From: Longimicrobiales bacterium
Lineage (GTDB): Bacteria; Gemmatimonadota; Gemmatimonadetes; Longimicrobiales; Gaopeijiaceae
Length of the DNA: 64,000 bases
Assembly (NCBI GenBank): GCA_965202805.1
Contig: OZ241869.1
Location: 2,016,001-2,080,000 of the forward strand
Reading direction: 5' to 3'
In this document: positions 17,920-27,009 of the stretch, one piece after another
How positions within the stretch are numbered: position 1 is the first letter of the stretch
Layout: each line of letters begins with the position of its first letter
Translations under genes and position numbers: made by a program
The notes under the pieces: model-generated
What the model saw: only the letters and a program-made list of their open reading frames with translations
The model's database searches: none
Told to the model about the DNA's origin: nothing

Positions 17920-18101
17920 GCGACCTCCTCTCGGCACCGGGGCATCTGATCGAAGGGGTGTTCCCGGATCTCTTTCTGCCGCCGTGGCAGGGGGTTGGTC
18001 ATCGCGAGAGTAGTCCTCTTGGAGGGATGAGAGGAACGGCCGGTGCGCCTGAAAGGTAACGGTCTTGTCAACCTCGGGGACCACTGCCGCAGGAAACGGC
18101 T

Positions 18102-19319
18102 TCACCGGGAACGTAGCGTTCCCGGCTCGATTTCGCCCGTCCGGAGCCGGTCCAGATAGTCGGCCCAAGCCTGCATCATGATGCGGCGCTCGGGTAGGAA
18201 CGCCGTCCGGTTGTAGGCCCGGCCGTTGGGATCCCTGACGGCGTGGGCCAGCTGATGCTCGATGAAGTCGGGCCGGAACCCCAGCACCTCGTCCAGAATC
18301 GTGCGCGCCATCGCGCGGAATCCGTGCATCGTCATCCGCTCCTTCGGGATGTCCAGCGCCCGGAACGCGCTCCAGAGCGTGCCCCGGCTCATCGGTAGCT
18401 CCCGGTATGGAAAACGCGCGTTCGGGAAGGCGTAGCGGTGGTGCCCCGTCATGGGACGGACCTCGCGGAGGATCGCGACCGCCTGCCGCGCCAACGGCAC
18501 CACATGCGGCCTGCCGGTCTTCGTCACCGTGTAGCGCCACTCGGCCCCTTCAAGGTCGATGCCGTCCCACTCCGCCGCGACCAACTCGCCGAGGCGCACG
18601 AAAACCAGCGGCGCGAGCCGGAGCGCGCAGCGCACCGGGAGCGTCCCGGAATAGGTGTCCAACTGCCGTAGCAACGGACCGACCTCCCTCGGGTCGGTGA
18701 TCGCCGCGAAGTGCTTCGTCTTGACGGGCGGCAGCGCCCCGCGCAGGTCCGCCGACACGTCCCGCTCCGCGCGTCCCGTCGCCACGGCGTAGCGTAGCAC
18801 CCGCCCGCAGACCTGGAAGACGGTGTGCGCCTTCCTCAGGTGGCCGCGCGCCTCGACGCGGCGGACCACGGCCAGCAGGTCCGGCGCGGTGATTTCCGCG
18901 ACCGGACTCGCGCCGATGTAGGGGAAGGCCTCCCGCTCCAGCTCGCGCTCAAGCCGCCGAACCCAACCCGCGGACCAGTTGGGCGAGTGCTTGGTCAGCC
19001 ATTCGGTCGCCACGGCCTCGAAACTGTTGTTGGCCCCTTGCCGCCGGGACTGCTTCCGCGCCTTCCGGTAGGCGCTCGGGTCGATGTCCCGCGCCAGCAG
19101 CTTGCGGGCCTCGTCCCTGCGCTGCCGCGCCAGCTTCAGCGAGACCTCGGGATAGATCCCCATCGAGATCCGCTTCTCCCTGCCCGCGAAGCGGTACTTG
19201 AAGCGCCAAGCCTTGGTGCCGCGCGGGGCGATTTCGAGGTAGAGGCCGCGGCTGTCGTACAGCTTGCGCGGCTTCTCGCGGGGCTTGGCCTTGCGGATGG
19301 CGGTGGCTGTCAGTGGCAT
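18102..19319 (-). CDS. int: P4/IntB-type tyrosine integrase with arm-binding domain (IME)
   Basis: 'MPLT...IRKAKP....KLYD..GLYL', 'FVRLGEL', 'HGFR', 'QLAH', 'AYNR'. Confidence 0.95.
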   Translation of the reverse strand: MPLTATAIRKAKPREKPRKLYDSRGLYLEIAPRGTKAWRFKYRFAGREKRISMGIYPEVSLKLARQRRDEARKLLARDIDPSAYRKARKQSRRQGANNSFEAVATEWLTKHSPNWSAGWVRRLERELEREAFPYIGASPVAEITAPDLLAVVRRVEARGHLRKAHTVFQVCGRVLRYAVATGRAERDVSADLRGALPPVKTKHFAAITDPREVGPLLRQLDTYSGTLPVRCALRLAPLVFVRLGELVAAEWDGIDLEGAEWRYTVTKTGRPHVVPLARQAVAILREVRPMTGHHRYAFPNARFPYRELPMSRGTLWSAFRALDIPKERMTMHGFRAMARTILDEVLGFRPDFIEHQLAHAVRDPNGRAYNRTAFLPERRIMMQAWADYLDRLRTGEIEPGTLRSR

Positions 19320-19322
19320 GTT

Positions 19323-19369
19323 GGGGCATCCTGTAAGCGTTACGGAGATATGCCCCTGAATGATGCCCC
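19323..19369. repeat. Putative arm-type sites, right end (GGGGCAT inverted; ATGCCCC x2)
   Basis: 19323-19329, 19350-19356 and 19363-19369 match the left-end motif. Confidence 0.6.
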
Positions 19370-19492
19370 AATAATGACCGGGATGTCAAGGAGTGGGAGC
19401 GGATCGCCCTGGAGGCGAAATGTCCCGTAAACCCATTGCTTACAACACTTATTGGGATTCCATGGAACGCCCCTGAACCTCGATCGACAGAA

Positions 19493-19777
19493 AACGGCAA
19501 CCTCTCCAACACAGCCCTCCAGCAGGCTTCGGTCGCGGCGGCGCTGAGCCAGGGACGCATCAACGCGGCCGTCGGCCAGGTGCTCGCCCACGAGGCCGCC
19601 CTCGAGGCGAGCCGCGCGCGGCAGGCCGAACTCGCCCGGCTCGAATGGCTCGGCCGCTGGGCCGATGGCCGCACGCGCGCGAACGCGCTTGCCGAGGAGA
19701 TGCGCGACGCGGCGTCGCTGAACCGGGCCGCGCTCCGCGGCGGGCTCCTGCTCCGCGTCCCGTCGTTCTACCGGTAG
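19493..19777 (+). pseudogene. 3' part of the interrupted VirB5/TrbJ-like gene
   Basis: Begins 'NGNLSNTALQQ', in frame with the 5' part; ends 14 nt before virB6. Confidence 0.75.
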
Positions 19778-19791
19778 GGGGCGCGACGGCC

Positions 19792-20781
19792 ATGCAACTT
19801 CCCCCGCAGTCCATCGACCCGAACGTGCCCTCGCAGATCCCGGCCGATCAGCTTCAGGACTTCAAGAGCTTCCTCGACATCGTGCTCGACTCGGTGGTCG
19901 GCGGAGCCGCGCCCGACGTGCACGCGCTGGGCCTCCAGCTCTGGGGCGGGCTCGCCGCCGTGATGGTCGCGTGGACGGGACTCAAGATCGCGTTCAGCGG
20001 CACCTTCCACCCCTGGGAGATCGTCAGGCTCGTGATCGGGATCGCGATCCCCCGCACGCTGCTCCACTACTACGTCGTCCCGATCCCCGGCGCCGGGCTC
20101 ACGTTTCCGGCCATGATCGCCGGAGGCGGGATCTGGCTCCAGAACCTGTTCCTCTCCGACGTGGTGTCGGCGGGCTACACCGAGATGACCGCGCTCGTGC
20201 AGGCGTACTCCGCCCATTTGAGCGCGGCGTGGTCCACGGGCAACCTGCTGTCGGTCGTGACGGCGGGCGCGACCGTGATCTTCTCCTCGCTCGCCTCGCT
20301 CGCGATGGGCGCCTCGCTCGTGGTCTGCCTGCTGGCGCTGTTCTGCGTCACCTACGCGCAGGTGATCTGGGCGCAGGTCGCCATCGCCATCGCGATCCTG
20401 CTCGGTCCGGTGTTCATCGCGTTCCTGCTCTTCGAGCCGCTCTCGTTCCTGTTCTGGGGATGGTTCCGGACCATGATGGTCTACACGCTCTACGGCGTCG
20501 TGGCCGGGGCCGTGCTGCGGGTCTTCATGGGCGTCGGCATGGGCTACATCACGACCTACGCCGACGCGCTCATGGGCACCGGCACCGCCGATCCGTTCGA
20601 GCTCTGGCTCTGGGCCGTCGTGCTGATGCCGCTCATCGTCTCCGGCCTCATGGCCGGCCTCAAGGTCGGCGAACTCGCCGGGATGCTCGTGTCCGGCTCC
20701 GGCAACGCCGGGTCCGGGTTCGTCGCGCTCATCATGCGCGGAGCCGGGGCCGCCGCGGCCCCGGCCAAGCCACCCGCCTGA
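19792..20781 (+). CDS. virB6: VirB6/TrbL-family inner-membrane protein
   Basis: Polytopic membrane protein with 'ILLGPVFIAFLLF......FWGW'. Confidence 0.8.
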   Translation: MQLPPQSIDPNVPSQIPADQLQDFKSFLDIVLDSVVGGAAPDVHALGLQLWGGLAAVMVAWTGLKIAFSGTFHPWEIVRLVIGIAIPRTLLHYYVVPIPGAGLTFPAMIAGGGIWLQNLFLSDVVSAGYTEMTALVQAYSAHLSAAWSTGNLLSVVTAGATVIFSSLASLAMGASLVVCLLALFCVTYAQVIWAQVAIAIAILLGPVFIAFLLFEPLSFLFWGWFRTMMVYTLYGVVAGAVLRVFMGVGMGYITTYADALMGTGTADPFELWLWAVVLMPLIVSGLMAGLKVGELAGMLVSGSGNAGSGFVALIMRGAGAAAAPAKPPA

Positions 20782-20798
20782 ACCCCTGGGAGAAGCCA

Positions 20799-21467
20799 AT
20801 GAAACGAGACCGTGACGCGGGCCGCGAGTACGCCGAGATCTGGGGCGAGGCGGTGCAGGCGAACCGGAAGCTGCGGAGGATCGTTGTGCTGCTTGCCGCG
20901 AGCATCGTCCTCGGCGTCCTGGTCCTGGTGCGGATCGCGGGCACCGAGCCGCCCAAGCCCATCGTGATCCGAGTGGACGAGGTGGGCCGCGCCGAGGCGC
21001 TGGCCTACGAGGCCGCGACCGCGCAGGCCGATCCGCTCGATCCGACCACCAAGTATTTCCTCAACCGGTTCGTCCACGACTTCCACTCGCGACGGCGGGC
21101 GACGGTGCAAGAGCACTGGACGCGGAGCCTCCGGTTCCTCTCGACTGGACTCGCCAACGCGGCGTTCGCGCGCGACGGCGACGAGGTGGCCGCCGTGGCG
21201 GCCGGGACCGCCGAAACCGAGTCCCAGGTCGAACAGGTGGTGCTCCGCATCCACCCCGCGCCCGAGCCGCCGCACGGCGCGACCGCCGACTTCGATCTCG
21301 TGCACCTCAGCGGCGAGCAGGAGGTCCGGCGCGAACGCTGGTCGCTCACGCTCCGGTTCGAGTTCCTCGACTCCGTCCCGCCCGAGCTGGTCGTCCACAA
21401 CCCGATGGGGCTCCTCGTCACCTACATGCAGGCCGACCGGGCGCTCGTGACCGGGGAGTCGCCGTGA
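20799..21467 (+). CDS. virB8: VirB8/TrbF-family protein
   Basis: Single TM, 'PIVIRVD..G', 'YFL.RFV', C-terminal 'NPMGL.V'. Confidence 0.85.
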   Translation: MKRDRDAGREYAEIWGEAVQANRKLRRIVVLLAASIVLGVLVLVRIAGTEPPKPIVIRVDEVGRAEALAYEAATAQADPLDPTTKYFLNRFVHDFHSRRRATVQEHWTRSLRFLSTGLANAAFARDGDEVAAVAAGTAETESQVEQVVLRIHPAPEPPHGATADFDLVHLSGEQEVRRERWSLTLRFEFLDSVPPELVVHNPMGLLVTYMQADRALVTGESP

Positions 21468-22399
21468 TCGCGCACCTGAAGGGGCGCGAGAAGGCGCTCG
21501 AAGCGTTCGGCTGGACGGGCGGGCAGGCGGAGTGGATCGCGCTGGTGTGCCTGCACAGCGGCGTGTTCACCCGCGACCAGATCTCCGACTGGCTCGGGAT
21601 CGATCGCTTCAAGGCGCTCCGCTTCGTACGGGACATCACGGAGCGGAGGCTGGCGGCCGAAGACGGGCTTGCCGGCCGGAGGGTCTGCCGGATCTTCGCG
21701 CGGCCGGTGTACCGGGCGCTCGGGGCCGAGGACATCCGCCACCGCCGGATCGCGTCCACCGAGGTGCTCCTCCGACGCCTGCTCTCGCTCGACTACGTCA
21801 TCGGGCACACCGGCCTGCCGTGGCTCCCCACCGAGCCCGAGAAGGTCGGCGCGTTCGAGGCGCTCGGGATCGAGCGCTCGCTCCTCCCCGTCAGGGTGTA
21901 CCGGGGCGCCGCCGGCGACACCCGGCGCTACTTCCCCCTCAAGCTGCCCGTCGCGCTCGGCACGGACCGCGCGGTGTTCGTCTACGCCGATCCGGGCCAC
22001 AACACGGCGAAGGCGCTCCACTCGTGGGGCCGCGCTCACCGGGAACTCTGGGGTGCGCTCCAGGAGCGGGGCCGGCAGGTCGAGGCCGTCGCCGTCGTCC
22101 GCACCGGCCGGCAGTTCGACCGGGCGGAGAAGGTCCTGGCCAACTGGGCCGACCCGGCCCGGTCCCCCGGCCGCTCGAAAGCGTCCGCGACCGGCCGCCG
22201 GATCCGCCGCGAGATCGAGCGGATCGAGGACGGCATCCGCAGCAGGGACGAGAGCGTGACCGGAGCCTACGGCAGCCTCCGGGGCTGTCTGGCGCGCCTC
22301 GCCGAACTCCGGGCGGCGCTCCCGACCGCGCCATCGGAGGCGATGATCGACGGCTTCACGGTGTGGCGTTCGAGCCGGTTGTCGAAGGGCCTGTTTTGA
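21464..22399 (+). CDS. ICE hypothetical protein with wHTH-like N-terminus; possible relaxosome component
   Basis: Coupled to virB8 (GTGA); GC3-rich; 'HSGVFTRDQ' wHTH-like start. No confident family. Confidence 0.65.
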   Translation: MIAHLKGREKALEAFGWTGGQAEWIALVCLHSGVFTRDQISDWLGIDRFKALRFVRDITERRLAAEDGLAGRRVCRIFARPVYRALGAEDIRHRRIASTEVLLRRLLSLDYVIGHTGLPWLPTEPEKVGAFEALGIERSLLPVRVYRGAAGDTRRYFPLKLPVALGTDRAVFVYADPGHNTAKALHSWGRAHRELWGALQERGRQVEAVAVVRTGRQFDRAEKVLANWADPARSPGRSKASATGRRIRREIERIEDGIRSRDESVTGAYGSLRGCLARLAELRAALPTAPSEAMIDGFTVWRSSRLSKGLF

Positions 22400-22703
22400 C
22401 CGCCCGGAAGCGGGTCCCGGTGCTGCACCGGGAGTGCACATGTCACATCGGGGTCCTTGTGCACGGAAACCGCGTTCCGGCGTGCACGCCTCCGGTTCCG
22501 CATGCCGCTGGCGCGCTTTCGGTTGCGCCACGTCCGGCGGAGTGCGGGTGCCGATCCGCGCTCCGCGGACGTGGATGGGAGCGACCCCCCATCTCGGCAT
22601 GCCTCGATCGGCACCGGGAAGGATGGCGATGTGCATCCCCATCCTCCCCGCCGCTGCGGGGTCGCTCCCAATCAGCAGTCCCTACGGGAAGGTTGTCCGT
22701 CCG

Positions 22704-24746
22704 ATGAGAACGGGCACGCTCGTCATCATCGGGGCCGCCGTCGGAGCGGCCGGCGCGCAGGCGCTCGAAGCGCCGTTCCCGGGCGTGGGCGCCAACCCCT
22801 TCCTCGACCTCGTCGCCCGGCACGATCCGGCGCTGCACGACCTGCTCCGCGCCTGGTACTACTCCGCGCCCGCCCTCGCCGTCGCGCTCGCGGGTTCGTT
22901 CGCGCTGTCGGCCTGGCGGGTCTGGTTCCAGCCGCTCTTCCGGCTCAGGCGGCGGGGCACGCTGCCCGCCTGGCCCGCCTCGCCCAAGGCCGAGGCGCCC
23001 GCGCTCGTCATCGGCGAACTCCACCACCCGACCGTGCCGCGCGAGAGCGAGCGGCCGTCCTGGCTCGTGATCCCCGAGAAGGGGCTCTACACCGGCATGC
23101 TCGTCGTGGGCGCCGTCGGCACGGGCAAGACCAGCGGCTGCATGTATCCCTTCGCCCGGCAGATCCTCTCCTGGCGGGCCGACGATCCCGAGCGCCGCGC
23201 GGGCGCGCTCGTGCTCGAAGTCAAAGGGGACTTCTGCCACCAGGTCCGGGGCATCCTTGAAGACGCCGGGCGCGGGGACGACTACATGGAGCTCGGGCTC
23301 GGCGGGTCGCTCCAGTGGAACCCGCTCGACGATCCGCTGCTCGACTCCTACTCGCTCGCCTACGGCGTCGCCTCTCTCATCAACCAGCTCTTCGGCAAGA
23401 GTCGAGAACCGTTCTGGCAACAGGCGTACACGAACCTCGTCCGGTGGATCGTCGAGCTTCATCGGCTCCTGCCGGGGGGCTGGGTCACCCTCCAGGACAT
23501 CTACCGCTGCACCGTCGACGCGGAGCTCTTCGCGCAGAGGATCGCCGAGGCCCAGGACAGGGCGGACCGGATCTCGCCGGTGGACGCCGTCATCTCCCAC
23601 GAGGACATGATCGCGCACGCCGACGCGCTCAAGAAGTGGGACTGGGAGCGGGTGTCCGGCGACGCGGAGCGCGTGCGCTGCCGGATGGACGCCGGGCTTC
23701 GCGCCAAGCTCGCGAAGCTCGAAGTCGCGGGCGCGACGGAACCGGCCGGGGGAGGTGCGGGCATCGAGTTCCGCCAGCAGGTCGAGGCGATCGAGCGGTG
23801 GTATCTCCATGACTGGATGGCGCTCGACGCGAAGCTCCGCACTTCGATCGTCGAAGGGATCAGCGTGTTCCTCTCGCTGTTCGACCAGCCGGCCGTGGCG
23901 GGCGTGTTCTGCCCGCCGCCGCCCGCCACCTCCTCCGCCGGGACCGAGACGGGCGGAGAGGACGAAGGCGCCGAGGACGTGCCCGCCCACCCCCTGCCGG
24001 GACTCCGGCGTAGGCTGCCGCCGCTCTCGGAGCTGATCGAGGGCGGCAAGGTGCTGGCGCTCAACATGCCCGCCGGGGCGAACCCCGCGCTGGCGCGCGC
24101 CATCGGCGTGCTGCTCAAGAACGCCTGGATGCAGGCGCTGCTCCGGCGGCCCGCCGAGGCCGCGCGCTACCCGGACCGCTACATGCGGCCCGCCGTCTTC
24201 ATTTGCGACGAGTACCAGGCGTTCGCCACGGTCGGGCAGGACGACCCCTCCGGCGACGAGAAGGCGTTCGCGCTCACGCGGCAGTGCCGGTGCATCCCGA
24301 TCGTCGCCACGCAGTCGATCTCCTCGCTCCGCTCGGTGCTGCCCTCGGGCGAGGCGTGGCGCACGCTCGTCCAGACGCTCCGCACGCGGATCTTCCTGTC
24401 GCTCTCCGACGAGTCGTCGGCCAAGATCGCGTCCGAGATGTGCGGCTCCGTCATGAGGACGCAGGCCTCCTACACGTTCACCGAGAACACGGGGAGGCCC
24501 GAGTTCTCGCTCCTGTCCGGGCGCGCCGGCGGCGGGCGCGGCACGATCGGCGCGAGCAAGTCGTTCCGGCAGTCGCGGGAGCCGGTGTTCACACCGCGCG
24601 AGTTCTCGCTGCTCGCCAACTACCAGGCGGTCTGCCTGCCCTACGACGGCGTCAAGTCGCTCCCGGCCACCCGCGTCTACCTGAAGCCCCACTACCTGCC
24701 CCGCGAGACGGGCTACTGGCGGCTGCGGGAGGAGGGACGGCTGTGA
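22704..24746 (+). CDS. virD4: Type IV coupling protein (VirD4/TraD/TraG-like)
   Basis: N-terminal TMs, 'GAVGTGKT' Walker A, 'LEVKGD', 'FICDEYQ' Walker B, 'VATQSISSL'. Confidence 0.88.
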   Translation: MRTGTLVIIGAAVGAAGAQALEAPFPGVGANPFLDLVARHDPALHDLLRAWYYSAPALAVALAGSFALSAWRVWFQPLFRLRRRGTLPAWPASPKAEAPALVIGELHHPTVPRESERPSWLVIPEKGLYTGMLVVGAVGTGKTSGCMYPFARQILSWRADDPERRAGALVLEVKGDFCHQVRGILEDAGRGDDYMELGLGGSLQWNPLDDPLLDSYSLAYGVASLINQLFGKSREPFWQQAYTNLVRWIVELHRLLPGGWVTLQDIYRCTVDAELFAQRIAEAQDRADRISPVDAVISHEDMIAHADALKKWDWERVSGDAERVRCRMDAGLRAKLAKLEVAGATEPAGGGAGIEFRQQVEAIERWYLHDWMALDAKLRTSIVEGISVFLSLFDQPAVAGVFCPPPPATSSAGTETGGEDEGAEDVPAHPLPGLRRRLPPLSELIEGGKVLALNMPAGANPALARAIGVLLKNAWMQALLRRPAEAARYPDRYMRPAVFICDEYQAFATVGQDDPSGDEKAFALTRQCRCIPIVATQSISSLRSVLPSGEAWRTLVQTLRTRIFLSLSDESSAKIASEMCGSVMRTQASYTFTENTGRPEFSLLSGRAGGGRGTIGASKSFRQSREPVFTPREFSLLANYQAVCLPYDGVKSLPATRVYLKPHYLPRETGYWRLREEGRL

Positions 24747-25759
24747 AGCGCGCCAGCGGCGTCGGCCACCTCACCCCGTTCCTTCCGGGCCTTGGAGCCC
24801 TGCTCGAAGACCCGGAGGTCTCCGAGATCATGATCAACGGTCCCGCGAACGTCTGGGTCGAGCGCGGCGGCCGTCTGGAGCCCCACGAGGCGCCCGAACT
24901 CACCGCGGCGTGGCTCCACCGCGCCGCGATCCACATCGCCCGGCCGCTCGGGCTCGATCCCGCCGCGAGGCCGATCCTGGACGCCCGGCTGGGCGACGGA
25001 TCGCGGGTCGCCATCTGCACGCCGCCAGCCGCGCCCGAGGTCGCGATCACCATCCGCCGGTTCGGCGGCCGCGCGTTCTCCGCCGAGGATCTGGTGCGGC
25101 TGGGCTCGCTGCCCGAGGACGTCCTCGAAGCCGCTCGGAACACGCTTGCGTCCCGCCAGAACATCCTGGTCTCCGGCGGCACGGGGTCGGGCAAGACCAC
25201 GCTCCTGAACGCGCTGATCGAACTCCTGCCGGAGGACGAGCGGATCGTCGCCATCGAGGACACGCTCGAACTCAGGATCGACCGGGCGAACTGCCTCCGC
25301 TTCGAGGCCGGAGCCACCCTCTCCGAGACGCCCGTCGAGATCCGCGACCTGGTGCGCCACGCGCTCCGCCACCGGCCCGACCACATCGTCGTCGGCGAGG
25401 TGCGGGGCGGCGAGGCCGCCGACCTGCTCCAGGCCCTCAACACCGGCCACGGGGGCTCGCTCACGACCATCCACGCCAACAACGCGCGCTCTGCGCTCTC
25501 GCGTCTCGCGAGTTGCGCCATGCAGGCCGGAGACGCGCTTCCCTGGGAGGTGACCTGCCGGGGCGTCGTCGACGGGATCGCGCTCGTCCTGCACGTGGCC
25601 CGCCGCGGAGGCCGGCGGTTCGTCGAGGACGCGCTCGAAGTATGCGGCTACGACACGCCCACCGGTCGCTGGATCACCGCGCCGCCCGGACCCGGGCCCG
25701 GGACGCAACGGAGAGAAGAACCCACACCCACACACCCCCCGAAGGAGGTGAAGGCATGA
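24743..25759 (+). CDS. virB11: VirB11/TrbB/CpaF-family ATPase
   Basis: 'SEIMING', 'SGGTGSGKTT', 'IEDTLEL', 'RPDHIVVGEVRG', 'NTGHGGSLTTIHAN'. Confidence 0.92.
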   Translation: MKRASGVGHLTPFLPGLGALLEDPEVSEIMINGPANVWVERGGRLEPHEAPELTAAWLHRAAIHIARPLGLDPAARPILDARLGDGSRVAICTPPAAPEVAITIRRFGGRAFSAEDLVRLGSLPEDVLEAARNTLASRQNILVSGGTGSGKTTLLNALIELLPEDERIVAIEDTLELRIDRANCLRFEAGATLSETPVEIRDLVRHALRHRPDHIVVGEVRGGEAADLLQALNTGHGGSLTTIHANNARSALSRLASCAMQAGDALPWEVTCRGVVDGIALVLHVARRGGRRFVEDALEVCGYDTPTGRWITAPPGPGPGTQRREEPTPTHPPKEVKA

Positions 25760-25953
25760 CCTGGAACGGCAGGACCATCCCCATCGAGACGTTCGAGGAC
25801 TTCGACCGGGAACTGGCCCGCGACGGCGGCGAGACCCTCGAAGTCGCGGCCTACCTGGCCGAGGAGTACGGCCTCTTCCCCGAGGATGTCGGGACCGAGG
25901 ACGAGATCGCGGCCGCCTGGGACGACCCGCACGGCGAGGAGGTGGACGGATGA
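25756..25953 (+). CDS. Small highly acidic protein (65 aa)
   Basis: AAGGAGG RBS; ATGA coupling on both sides; 20 D/E versus 3 R and no K. Confidence 0.7.
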   Translation: MTWNGRTIPIETFEDFDRELARDGGETLEVAAYLAEEYGLFPEDVGTEDEIAAAWDDPHGEEVDG

Positions 25954-26987
25954 AGCACGACGAGTACCACCGCAAGTTCGCCGACGCGATCATCGAGCAG
26001 ATCAGGAAGGGCACCGCGCCTTGGCAGAAGCCGTGGGCGCCGGGCGAGCGCGTGATGCCCATGAACGTGGACACCGACCGCTCCTACCGGGGCGGCAACA
26101 GCCTGCACCTCGCCGCCGTCCAGCAGGAGGAGGGCTACGGCGACGTGCGCTGGGGCACCTACCGCCAGATCCAGGCCCGGGGCGGACAGGTCAGGAAGGG
26201 CGAGCGCGGCACCCGCATCCTCTCCTTCCAGGACAGGAAGCGGATCGCCGTAACCGACGAGCGCGGACGGCCCCGGAGGGACGCGGAGGGCAAGCGCATC
26301 TACCGCTACGAGAAGCTCAAGACGCCGTTCGTGCGCCAGTACACGGTGTTCAACGCCGAGCAGGCCGACGGGCTGCCCGCACGCGCGAACCCCACGCCCG
26401 AGCCGCTCTGGAAGGCCCACCAGGAGGCCGAGCGGGTCATGGAGGACGGTGGCGTCCCCATCCGCCACGTCGCGGGCGACCGCGCCTACTACCACATGAA
26501 GCGCGACGAGATCGTGCTGCCCGAGCGCGGGCAGTTCCCCTCCGCCAACCACTACTACCAGACCGCGCTCCACGAGTTGGGCCACAGCACCGGCCACGAG
26601 AGCCGCATGAACCGCGAGACGCTCATCAAGGGCATCGGGAACGGGTTCGGGTCGCCCGACTACGCGAGGGAGGAACTGCGGGCCGAGATCAGCGCGATGA
26701 TGACCGGCGAGCGCGTGGGCGTCGGACACGACCCGAGCCGGGGCGCGGCCTACGTCGAGGGCTGGATCCAGGCGCTCGAGGAGGACCCGCGCGAGATCCG
26801 GCGCGCCGCCGCCGACGCGCAGAAGATCTCCGACTTCGTGCTCGTCCGGCACATCGAGCGCGAGACCGCGCGGGAGGCCGAGCCCATCGCCGCGGCCCGC
26901 GCGCCGGGACCTCAGGGACTTCAGAGGATCCAGGTCCCCGTGCCGAAGATCCCGGTGCCCGAGAGGAACCTCGGGCCGAGCCGCTGA
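25950..26987 (+). CDS. ardC: ArdC-family antirestriction/ssDNA-binding protein with zincin-like domain
   Basis: 'APWQKPW', 'YRGGN', 'WGTYRQ....GQVRKGE', 'VFNAEQ', 'LHELGHSTGH', 'YAREELRAEI'. Confidence 0.92.
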   Translation: MKHDEYHRKFADAIIEQIRKGTAPWQKPWAPGERVMPMNVDTDRSYRGGNSLHLAAVQQEEGYGDVRWGTYRQIQARGGQVRKGERGTRILSFQDRKRIAVTDERGRPRRDAEGKRIYRYEKLKTPFVRQYTVFNAEQADGLPARANPTPEPLWKAHQEAERVMEDGGVPIRHVAGDRAYYHMKRDEIVLPERGQFPSANHYYQTALHELGHSTGHESRMNRETLIKGIGNGFGSPDYAREELRAEISAMMTGERVGVGHDPSRGAAYVEGWIQALEEDPREIRRAAADAQKISDFVLVRHIERETAREAEPIAAARAPGPQGLQRIQVPVPKIPVPERNLGPSR

Positions 26988-27009
26988 CGGCCGCTTGAGA
27001 AGCAGGGAG

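Larger units (their letters stand above)
10840..19506. mobile_element. Integrative mobilizable element (8,653 bp repeat-to-repeat) inserted in the ICE virB5/trbJ-like gene
   Basis: Direct repeats AACGGCAACCTGTC (10840-10853) and AACGGCAACCTCTC (19493-19506). Contains P4-type integrase, AlpA, mob genes and defence cargo. Confidence 0.9.

Noticed and set aside
17920..18540. N-terminal 207-aa extension of the RM ORF in the track
   Set aside because: It overlaps the integrase and is low-complexity; a strong RBS + GTG lies at 17919.
19436..19492. IME-supplied TTG start re-expressing the 3' half of the split gene
   Set aside because: In frame but no RBS, and the product would lack the signal peptide.
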